The position numbers and the translations under genes were made by a program. Below, one piece after another: positions 47,520 through 58,000 of a stretch of 64,000 bases of DNA (within the stretch, counting starts at the first letter, position 1; each line of letters starts with the position of its first letter). The stretch spans positions 32,001-96,000 of the IMG/VR virus record IMGVR_UViG_3300032401_001514; one strand, given 5' to 3'. Under the pieces are notes generated by a model. The model ran no database searches, was not told the origin of the DNA, and worked only from the letters and a program-made list of their open reading frames with translations. This stretch comes from a virus.

Positions 47520-47932
47520 TTGTGTCCTTTTAATCTTTGATGTAAATCTTCCTCATACTCATGCACGCGCCAACCAAACTTATTAATTCTAGCCTGAGCC
47601 TCTTCCATATCAATCGGTCTTAGTCCATCAGCATCTCCAATTGATATAAAGTATGGTTTAAATGATTTTGTAAAAGAATCAAATTCGCCGCATGCTTTCC
47701 ATGCTGGCTTCCAATTTCTTAAACGAAAATAATCATCCGTGTATTGTTTAATTGATCCTAATATATTTTCTTTTATTAAAGGCGTGTATGGTTGATTCAC
47801 GAATTCTTTGCTTATTCTAATTATTCCGTCAATAAATGTTTCGTTTTCTGGATTAATACCTTTATCAATAGTATTAAATATGCTATCATAAAAATAAGGA
47901 GTTTGATATATTATTTTATTACTCATTGACAC
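47516..47932 (-). CDS. Hypothetical protein
   Basis: 138-aa ORF, coupled. Confidence 0.6.
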   Translation of the reverse strand: MSMSNKIIYQTPYFYDSIFNTIDKGINPENETFIDGIIRISKEFVNQPYTPLIKENILGSIKQYTDDYFRLRNWKPAWKACGEFDSFTKSFKPYFISIGDADGLRPIDMEEAQARINKFGWRVHEYEEDLHQRLKGHK

Positions 47933-49011
47933 AATCCTATTATTTGATCAACAATCTTATCCCATGTTAAACGCGCTAGTTGCTCTTGCATATTGGGACG
48001 GAACTTATTCATTAAATCATCATAGTTGCCTACTGCAAGCTTTAATTTACTAGCAGCATCCTCAATGCTTGGTTCGAACGTCTTGGCATAAGGAGATGGA
48101 ACCCAATATTGCATTTTCTTTGGCGCTCTAACCTCTTTGCCTTCTATAAGCAACGAATTGTTTTCGTTCATATATTCAAGCTGTCCTCCCCAATTAGGAG
48201 CTATTACCAAGTTGTTTGTAGCCATACCCTCTAATCCAGGCAACCAAAAGCACTCTGCGTGAGTAGCTGAGAACACGATATCGCAGGCATTATACAAAGG
48301 AACCATGCTATCTAAGAACTTTGTAATAATTTCTACCTCAGCATGATCAGGATATTTCTTACAAAATGTATTATAAATATCCCAAAAATCAACAACAAAA
48401 GAACGCAGATTATTTGTGGTTTTATTTATGCTTATTTTAACTACCAAACAAACATCATCTTTTTTTGTAAAAGCTTTTCCGAATGATTCTAATAAACCAT
48501 CTATATTTTTTCTAACATGAGGTTGAGCAATATTGGCAAGTATCTTATATTTCTTTTTTGTATTAAGCTTATATATTTCTTTTGATGAATATTCTTCTGT
48601 ATTAATTCCGTGTGGCACAACAACCATATGTTCTTTCGGAACGCCGTTACTACTATATATAGATTCCATAAATTTAGAGCTTGGCAATAATTTATCGGTT
48701 GCTTTATAATATTTAGCAAACCCTGGCGGCAAAACAGTTGTTTCGTAATTCCAAATACCAAATCTATTTTTTGTTCCATGAGATAAATAACCTGCAAAAT
48801 TTCTCATAGCCGTATAACTAATTTGCATATCGTAATTATTATCTAATTTTTCATTTATATATGGCTTTAAATCTAATGGAAATAAATCGTAACCATTTGT
48901 AGATTTTAAATGAACTTCGTGATTTTTCTTAATTAAAGCTCTAGCTATATTTTGTCCAACAATTGACCAAGAATGATTCTGAGATAAAAATTGTTCCATA
49001 CATACTTTCAT
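47923..49011 (-). CDS. Glycosyltransferase family 4
   Basis: VVPHGIN, VRKNID, AECFWLPGLEGMA. Confidence 0.88.
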   Translation of the reverse strand: MKVCMEQFLSQNHSWSIVGQNIARALIKKNHEVHLKSTNGYDLFPLDLKPYINEKLDNNYDMQISYTAMRNFAGYLSHGTKNRFGIWNYETTVLPPGFAKYYKATDKLLPSSKFMESIYSSNGVPKEHMVVVPHGINTEEYSSKEIYKLNTKKKYKILANIAQPHVRKNIDGLLESFGKAFTKKDDVCLVVKISINKTTNNLRSFVVDFWDIYNTFCKKYPDHAEVEIITKFLDSMVPLYNACDIVFSATHAECFWLPGLEGMATNNLVIAPNWGGQLEYMNENNSLLIEGKEVRAPKKMQYWVPSPYAKTFEPSIEDAASKLKLAVGNYDDLMNKFRPNMQEQLARLTWDKIVDQIIGLCQ

Positions 49012-49050
49012 AAAATGAATAGTATTAAAATAATTTTTGCTCGAAATATT

Positions 49051-51999
49051 TTATGCAGATATAAGGCCAGAAATACTAGTCGATGGCACAACCAGAATTG
49101 AATTGTTCCATCCGGCCTTTTTCAAATATACTGTAATCTGTATCTTAGATACTAATGTCAAATATATAGGATCAACGCTCAAATCTTTAACGGTCAAGCT
49201 AAGGATGCCGTTGTTTTGGTCCATGTATATGCCGATGATGTCATCAACAATAATTCCATAACCATCTGTGTCATAGCCGTCCAAATTTGGAACGAATGAT
49301 TGCAACGCCACTCCAAAACGAATCTTATTCAAAAACAAATCTTCAGCTTGTACTGTTGTGCAATCTGCATATTTACATGCGGGATATCCAGCACTTGTAA
49401 ATCCGTTCCCTTGATCCGCTACCAATTTATGGAATACATCTATGCTTGATTCTTCAAAAGGCATCTGAGGAAGCTCAAGTATTATATGCTGAATTTCTAT
49501 GTCAGTCTTATACATATCCCCGTTAGGCCTGATTATATGTCCTGAACCAATGATTAAATTATCTGGCACAAAGAAGTCATTTCTACCAGGATCACACGTT
49601 GGACTAATAGTACCCCTATCTTCGCATTCAAAAGTTAATGGTATAGAACAAGATGCTGGTTTTATCTCGTTTCTATAAGTAAATGTTTGCGGAACTATTC
49701 TGGCATGTGAATCAACTCCTAATTGATAGTCTTGCCAGAATGGCTGAGGTTGAATTTCAAATGTAACTCCTGGGAATGGAACGATATTAAATGTTCCAGG
49801 GTCAGCGCCATCTATACTCGGAACCACAATATATCCGTCATATATTATTTCAGTCGTGCTTAATGATGACGTGGGAACTACATTGTCAGATTGATAACCA
49901 TCTAATCTAATATATCCATCGCCACAATCATAATAACCATCATAACGACCAATGCTTTGCTGCACTTGCAAACAAAGATGATTAAATGAATATCCAACAG
50001 TAAAAGAATTAATTGATCTATCTACGAAGCTTTGAATCAAATTAACGTCATCAGCAGAAACATATCCGTCACCATCAACATCCGCTCTTAATAATTCTAA
50101 AGTGCTAATATAGCCATCTACAATTTTTTGTTGTGTAGACGATAAAGCTAATCCCTCTCCAATAAGTTCTGCCGCTCTGGTTACATCCAAGTTATTAATT
50201 TCGCCGTCTCCATTAACATCTCCGTAACCATCTGTACAAAGTGTTGCTCTAAAAATTCTATAATTATATGCTCTGCAATCTACGCTTGGAAATAATTTGC
50301 TACCAATTAAATTCAGTGACAAAAGATCTGCATCAGGATTTACTATACAGTAAGTATCTCCTTTAGCTAAACCTGGAAGGCTTTGAGTCTTAATTAATAA
50401 TGTATTGTTCTTCGGGTTTGAATCAACAACGCAACCTATAACTAGCGGCTCCGAAATTTGCTGCAAATCTTCTAATGAAGCCTCAGTAACGAAACTAAAT
50501 GAAGGAATCGTTTGTTGACGCGAAAATACATTATTGCCAGTTCTCTCATCTTGTACTGTTAAACTTTCTTGGAAAGTGGCCTGTAGCACACCTATATTGT
50601 TGACATTCTCGCCAGTTGTAGAAAATGAGAAGTATCTTTCTTGATTATCAATGGTAGCGCCAGTTGCTGGGTCTACTGTTGTTTTGGCGAAAGATATACC
50701 GTTTCCAGCATCATAACCTTGGCCATCAGCTATTTTGGAGGCGTCTGTCCAAATTTGGAACCACATATCATCTTCTGGAACATCGGTCCAAATGCCAGTG
50801 AATATTGTTAATCTAGAATCTGGTGTCCAGTCATTTCCTGTCTCAGCAAAAATAGAGCCGACACTTGCGTCACCAGAACGTCTAAATGTAACGGTGTAAT
50901 AATGATCAGGATTTATTCCGCCTGGTTTTGATATCGAAGTATTATTAAATACAAAATCAACCGGCTGAGCCACGTCATTAAGAACATAGCCAAGGTTTGA
51001 TAATTCAGTAATGCTAACACTAAATTCTACTAACGGGTTTGGCTCAGGCTCAAATTCAATAGTTAGATCGGGGATGATATCAGTTGGGCAATCTACCGTG
51101 GTTTGCAACTTATGAATGCTAATAATTAAATTGCCTGACCAATCAAATCGATGCTCAATAGATGCCGCATCATCTCGTCCGACGCCTAACAACAATGTTA
51201 TTTTTTGAATATTATTTGTGGTTGTTTTAAACTTTTGTCCATAACGTGTGACTACATCGCCGGCCTCAATAGAGCGAACTTGTTTTCCAGTTATATTTAT
51301 ATTTAATGCATCAACGCTATATTCCGGCCCTATTGCATCTTGTAACGTAGCGTATAATTCTGAAATGCCAGGTTGTGAAGGAATTACAATTCCACTAGTT
51401 TTGAAATCCCTAAAGAAAATATCAGGCATCACATCCTGAGATGTCATAATTACATCGCGTGATAACTGAAAAGAAGCTACTTCGCTAATGTATACTTCGC
51501 CGCCTTGATTTCTGGAACAATTATTATTGCCTTTAAAATCATTAAATAATACAGTTAACAATCTTTTATAATGATTGGCAGTTACTTGCTTTTCATTTTT
51601 ATGAAACGTCAGACGATCCATAATTAAGGTGCCATCAAATGACAATCCAATAATAAGAATTTTTACTTGTAATCTACCAAAAACACTAGAGCCTGTTAGC
51701 TCAACTTCTAATTGGTTGCCAAGATTGGTATCACTTGGTTGTGCATGAAAATCTAATCCAGTTCCATCAAAATTATTAGCTGCCAATAACGCCGCTTGTT
51801 CCGCTGTTAATTCGGTGGTATCAAAAAGTACACGTTGTTCTGGGGATTCTAAAAGAACGCCAGAGCCAAAATGATTTTGAATAATGGACGCATCTATTTG
51901 ATTGTTATTGGTTTGCTCAGTGTCTAGATCGGCTTTATCTACACGTTGAGCATCACTCCATTTGTTTTCTATTACTGATACTTGGTTTCGTATGGTCAT
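49051..51999 (-). CDS. Large virion/baseplate-associated protein with dockerin-like domain
   Basis: GDVNGDGEINNLD and ADVDGDGYVSADD paired loops (~50030-50226); directly downstream of the baseplate genes. Confidence 0.7.
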   Translation of the reverse strand: MTIRNQVSVIENKWSDAQRVDKADLDTEQTNNNQIDASIIQNHFGSGVLLESPEQRVLFDTTELTAEQAALLAANNFDGTGLDFHAQPSDTNLGNQLEVELTGSSVFGRLQVKILIIGLSFDGTLIMDRLTFHKNEKQVTANHYKRLLTVLFNDFKGNNNCSRNQGGEVYISEVASFQLSRDVIMTSQDVMPDIFFRDFKTSGIVIPSQPGISELYATLQDAIGPEYSVDALNINITGKQVRSIEAGDVVTRYGQKFKTTTNNIQKITLLLGVGRDDAASIEHRFDWSGNLIISIHKLQTTVDCPTDIIPDLTIEFEPEPNPLVEFSVSITELSNLGYVLNDVAQPVDFVFNNTSISKPGGINPDHYYTVTFRRSGDASVGSIFAETGNDWTPDSRLTIFTGIWTDVPEDDMWFQIWTDASKIADGQGYDAGNGISFAKTTVDPATGATIDNQERYFSFSTTGENVNNIGVLQATFQESLTVQDERTGNNVFSRQQTIPSFSFVTEASLEDLQQISEPLVIGCVVDSNPKNNTLLIKTQSLPGLAKGDTYCIVNPDADLLSLNLIGSKLFPSVDCRAYNYRIFRATLCTDGYGDVNGDGEINNLDVTRAAELIGEGLALSSTQQKIVDGYISTLELLRADVDGDGYVSADDVNLIQSFVDRSINSFTVGYSFNHLCLQVQQSIGRYDGYYDCGDGYIRLDGYQSDNVVPTSSLSTTEIIYDGYIVVPSIDGADPGTFNIVPFPGVTFEIQPQPFWQDYQLGVDSHARIVPQTFTYRNEIKPASCSIPLTFECEDRGTISPTCDPGRNDFFVPDNLIIGSGHIIRPNGDMYKTDIEIQHIILELPQMPFEESSIDVFHKLVADQGNGFTSAGYPACKYADCTTVQAEDLFLNKIRFGVALQSFVPNLDGYDTDGYGIIVDDIIGIYMDQNNGILSLTVKDLSVDPIYLTLVSKIQITVYLKKAGWNNSILVVPSTSISGLISA

Positions 52000-52003
52000 G
52001 CTT

Positions 52004-55000
52004 TCACGGTATTAAATTAATTGTTACTTTAGATTGAGCAGGTTTAAGCGCGGATATAAGCTCTCTAAGCACTTGTTCTATTTTAGCGTTGCTTAAAACT
52101 ATGCCAAAAGAGTCTAAGATATTTAGAGTAAAGTTGAAAATGCCGAATTTATCATCTCTTAATATAGCGAAGTCTGTATTCTTTGTAACAAGCTGGTCAA
52201 AATCTAATAGAAATGTAGTAAACGCATCTGTAATAGCCGGCCTAGCTTGAGAAATATTCGAAGTATAATTAACATCTTTTGGTTGTCCAGCAATAATAAC
52301 TGGAGAAAGAGCTATATCACTTATTTTTAAATTATCGAATCTAGCCTGTGCTGGCTGCGCTCCCAGATAATCAGAGCCTATAAAAAATTGATTTATAGGA
52401 TCTGTAAAGTTCATATCAGCAACAATACGGCTTATGCCGCCAGAACGCCCCATTCCGAAAACAGCCCCGCTTCCAAATATTAAACCAGCACCAAACATAA
52501 CAGTGGCATTTTCTTCTCCATCTACGAACATTCTTAATTCGTCTTTATTATCAGATCTATTGAATTTATATGTTACACGAATTCGGTGCCACGTATCTCT
52601 TTGCCAGAATATAGATTGGCTAATTTTGTAATCAATATCTCCGATTCTTACGTCAAAATTTATAAAACCGTTTTTATCTTTAAATATAGTAATTCTGTTT
52701 CCAACAAGGCCTGACGTAATATAAATTATTTTTACAGGAGTTTGTTGATAAGGGAGAGCAATTCCTAATTTAATAGTTTGAAAGTCATCCTCAATTCTAC
52801 CACCAGCAAAGTAATTAACGCCAGAATTATCAACATCAGTTTGTAATCTAACGGCCAATACTGTTGAAATTCTTCCTGCTGTTTTAACACTGCCGCTGGT
52901 TATGCTAGTTACTTTTTCAACTGATGAAGAGGCTGCGTCAAAATAAACCCTTACATTTGGATCATTGAATGTATCAAATTTTGGACTAACCCAAAATTCA
53001 ATAGTGCCCTCAGAGGTAGTTGGAAGATATCCGTTGTTATCATATATTAATGGTTTATCCATAATAACAACGCTTTGATTAAAAGTTTCATTAACACTAT
53101 CACTTGATTGAATAAATTCTTTAGTTGAGCTAATATAATAATCTGAGTCATTATTAAATGGAAATTCATCAAGGTGCAATAACATTAAAGTTTTACTGTT
53201 TTTATCAAATGGTCTTAAAGATGTGAAATCACTTGTGATAGAATCTTGCCCTTCCGGTAAAATCTCACCAACGCGCACATCCGTTAACATATTTGATAGA
53301 ATCCTAACCTCGTCTATAATAGCTTTAGCTTGTTCTCCACCATTAAAATTAGAACCTACATACGCTGTTAAATCATTTGTTGGAGCAAAAGGAATTTCTA
53401 GATGAGCAGAATAATCCAACTCATACACTCCTTGCTTTAATGGATAATCAGTATCTACGGATCCTGCCAATTCAAATGTAAAGAATCCATTTTGGAACCC
53501 ACTTCGTCCCAAACTGATATCAAATATATCATAAATGCCATCAGTAAACGCTGAGCCGGGAGCTGGAGATATTGTAAGCGTGTGTTCATCCGGTCTGGAA
53601 ACTATATTATATGTTCCAACAACAAGTGCCGGAGATGATATTGCTAATTTATTCCCTATGTCAGAATCTAAAAATAGCCTCTGTGAATCTGTTATAACAG
53701 CGCTGCCATCACCCTGCAATGTTATACCGTGTGCAGTCTTAAAACTGAATCTAACAATAGGGAAATTGTTGTTACCATCAGGCTCGGTAATAGAATAAGC
53801 TTCTTTAATTTCTATAGATGCTGAATTTTTTACTGGATTAAAAACTTCCATTACTGCTGTTGCGGAAGTAATAGTCTTAAATTTCTCAACACCAATTATT
53901 GCCCCAGACGCAGTGAATGTAAAGATTTCAAATACAGCCCCGCTAAAGGTTGTTCCAAATACCGTCACAGTAGCAGGCGTAGAGAAGTTTATATTACCAC
54001 CAGTCATATAAACAGAAAGTCTGCGGCCCTCTGTAGAATTTGATGTTTGTGTAGGAGCGAGTCCAGCCGCTGTATATGTATTGCCAAAAATTACTGCATT
54101 ACCAGGGCCAATTACAACAGAAGGCAACAATATAGCGGTTATCTTTGCTTCATCCAAATTGATTGGTGGAGGCAATTGAGATCTAAGGATGCTTGTTGTA
54201 TCACCCCATACAAATTGTCTGCTTCTGGCCCTTCTATGATTTAGCCCAAGTGTTCTAATAACAATCTGATCGCCAGCTATTGCGTTGCCCAATAATGTTA
54301 AAACGTCTTGATTATAAAGATTTTTCCCAATTGAATACGAAGGAATATCTGCTCGCAACCCTGGTATTTCTGTTTCGACTAAACCGCTAATAATAGATAC
54401 AGCAATATTTGAAGATAAATTTATTTCACTTGAAACTACTACTGAATATGGATTTACAGAGAATCTTACGTTAGACAATGTGGCAGGCATTGGTAAATTC
54501 AAAGTTAATGCATAACCATTAACAGCTGTTATATTATATGACCCAAATCCTATTTCAATAATATCTATCGTATCTCCTGGTAAAATACCGGAGGTCTGAA
54601 AATTAACGCTATCAGAAAATACTATTGAAGAACCATTTGTTACATTTAAATCTTTGTTTGTTATTGTTGTTAACGGCACAGTTCCAGCAACAATTTCAGC
54701 GCTAATAGTTCTAAATCTATCCGTAGATGTAGCTATAGGTCTGCCGCCATACCTTAATAAATTCGGAACCTCAAAACCGTCAATAAATAAATGCATTTCA
54801 TCTCTGCGCTCAACAGAACTTAATCTCCAAGAAGCCGCAATATGATGTTTTTGTCCAGACTTCCAGTCAGAAATATCAGAGCTTATCTTAAAAGAACTTA
54901 TTGGATTTTCAGGAATTGTCGGATTCCCTTTGCTAAATGTCTGGAAATTTAAATATCCTTTTCCGTCTTTGAATATAGAGAACCTATTTGTAGTATTAGT

Positions 55001-58000
55001 TTTAGCAAAATCAAAAATATAATGTTTATCATCAGACATAAATATAATGCCATCAAATGAGAATCCAGGCACATATCCATCCGTATATCCATCATATCCA
55101 TCAGCGTAACCATCAGCGTCATTAGAATTTAAATTAAAAGTAAATTGAATTTTGTTATTTAAAGTTCTTAATACATCGTCTGGTTCGCCAAGATTTTGTT
55201 TAAAACCAACATCATAGAATTCGCCAGAAGTTAGTATCTCGCCTCTATATGCATATCCGTCTACTATTGGAACATCTTTTGCTAAAATTTCCCAATGTTT
55301 TGTATCTGTGTTATAAAAAATGAACACACCAGTTTTTGTAAAAATAGCTGATGGCAATCCTAATGGACTTAATTCATCGTTACGATTAATTGAGAAAGAA
55401 TTATTGCTGTCATAAATTGGATTAAAACTTGACGCACCAATAAAAACGCTGCTTGCTGGTAATACATATCCATCCTTTGTTAAGGATATGGTTAATGTAG
55501 AGTCATTATCTAAACCGTCCCATTCAGGAATGACCCATGCTTCCCAAGTGCCTTCTTCAAGTTTAAAATTGCTTGAAATCGGGAACGTAATAGTTTCGTC
55601 TGGATTTGCAATCAACGCTCCGTTATCGAATTTACCAGGCAACAAAGCAATATCACCAGTCCAATCAACGGCATTTTGAAATAGATGACTGATGCCTAAA
55701 GACCATATATCAAAAACAGATTCTATAATTTCCGGGTCAACATGCGTGATACGTGATACCAACTCTGTAATAGCCGGAATTGTTGGACCTTTTGTGAATG
55801 ATTGAAGTGCCGCCTGTAAAGCATCACGATAATTCTCTCGTGGTAATGATGTATCAAACGTATTTAAAATTGGCAGATCAACTAATGTTCCAAAGTTTTT
55901 TAACAATGAATCTCTAACTGCTCCAATAGTATATGTAACGAAATACTCTTCCCCTTCGTTCAATGCTCCGCTTTCTCTAAAATCTAATACGTTATCACCA
56001 TGTTCATAACTAACCAATATTTCATCAGCCAAATATGTATAATTAACGAAATAATCTCCTCTGTTGTAGTCAACAACTGGAGTGGCCGCCCCATTCAATT
56101 TCATACGATAAATAACCAATACCGAGTCCCCTGGAACCGGAGATCCAAGACCAGATAGATTAATTGTGTATCCAGAAAATGTTCCAGAAGAATCCCATAG
56201 TTCGACATTATCAGTAGTACGAATAACATTGGTAACATCAGAAAGTTCAGCCCCAGTAGAAATAAACGATACAACAATTGATGGACCAGTAATAACTGTA
56301 TTTAATTCTTTCTTTTCAACTCCAGTAGAATCCAATGTAATAACGTTGCCAGAAGATGTTGAACCTTCCGCAAAATCGGTTATATCAGCGTGGTTATTTA
56401 AATCAAATGCATCGAATATATGACGAACACGTTTGATATCATTCGTAACAGTAATTTGACCATTATCAACTATGTATGGCAAAGAAACGTCATCATTTAA
56501 AAAACGCTCATCAGAAATATCAAATTTATTTGGCGTGATAATCCCTTCTCCAAACGAAGAGAAATCCATGATCTTGCTAGAGCCGGCTACAGCATTAATA
56601 CTATAAAACAATTCTGACACACTAATGACGTGTGGATTTTCAGGACTAATTGTTGGCTTGGCATAATTTACAGTTCCTACATTTAAAACTTGAGATGAAG
56701 TTACGCCAACATAAATTAACCCATTTCTATAATCTATTTGATATTGTCCAACGAGCAACCTGTCCGTATTGGTGGCTACATCAAAAATTTGAGCATCATA
56801 ATATAATTCTTTTTCAAATATATCAATTCTGCTAAAAGACACACTTGAGTTGAAACTTGATCCTATTGCATCATCTGTGGTTGATATAATTTTATTATTA
56901 ACAAGCGGTAAACGATATATTCTGGTACTAAGAATATTAATAAATTCTAAATCAACTAATAATGTTTCGTTAGATACTTCTGTAAATTTTATAGACTCTT
57001 GTAATTTATCAATAATTCTCGGAGATGTATTGGCTGTAAAATATACGGTATTATCAGAGAATCTATTTAAGGCATATACCTCACCACTTGTTTCATTAAA
57101 TATTCTAAATACATTGGTGATTGGAGAGTTTTTAACTAGAAATGAGGCTGTGCTTGTTAATCTATTTTCTATACGCTCGTCTAATTCTTCTTGATGAATT
57201 TGTGATTTAAAATCAACTCCAGGTACCAATGTCTGTTCAAAATCAAATGACACTTTAACAGATTGGCTAATCAATTCTCTTAATGGATTAGCAACTAAAT
57301 CAGAGCCGGTTGATGTAGAATTATGTATTGGATCAGTATCTAAATCGAATGTATAATCAATCCTGTTACTAAATGATTTTCTATAATTATATGTAGCTCC
57401 AGGAGGAAATACACCAGAACCATCATTTGTAGTTGCTCCATAAACATATACTTCGCCTTTAGAATAATCAACAGAATAATCCCCAGTAACCCTTGGAAGC
57501 CCTTCTAACCTAAATGGTATCTCATGTTTAAAGGCTGGATGAACGCTAGAGAATGGTGGATTAGCTTGAGGGTCTAAAAATTCAATACCATCAGACGTAG
57601 GGATTTGATCAGAGTCTGTCACAACTGGTGCGTGTTTTAATATAAATCGGTTTAATATTGGAGGAACAGCCTCTCGGGTTGCCTCCAACACCTGTGACAC
57701 TAATACAGAATTTGGATCAATAATTCTGCCTAAAGACTTGTATTCATAATCAACAACTAATGTATCTCCAGACTGAGGTACAGGTAAATCGGGATTATCT
57801 AAAACCGCCGAATTTAAATTAAATTGATTGTCTTGCAACGTAAATAATGCTGATGCAACATTTGTATCATAATTAGGATTTTTAATTTGATACCCAAGAG
57901 TAGAAAGGTCATATTCGAAACTGCCACCAGATTCAAAATATAAAATTGCTTTATTAAGTTTTGTTACCGGTCCATGTTTAACAGTTAATATTAAATTATC

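Noticed and set aside
27099-49011. Bacterial chromosomal O-antigen or capsule locus
   Set aside because: Contiguous with phage baseplate and replication genes, and lacks recognisable wzx/wzy/wzm/wzt or initiating transferases
14281-49044. TCGAGC in three intergenic gaps (14281, 24175, 49039)
   Set aside because: No consistent downstream element or spacing
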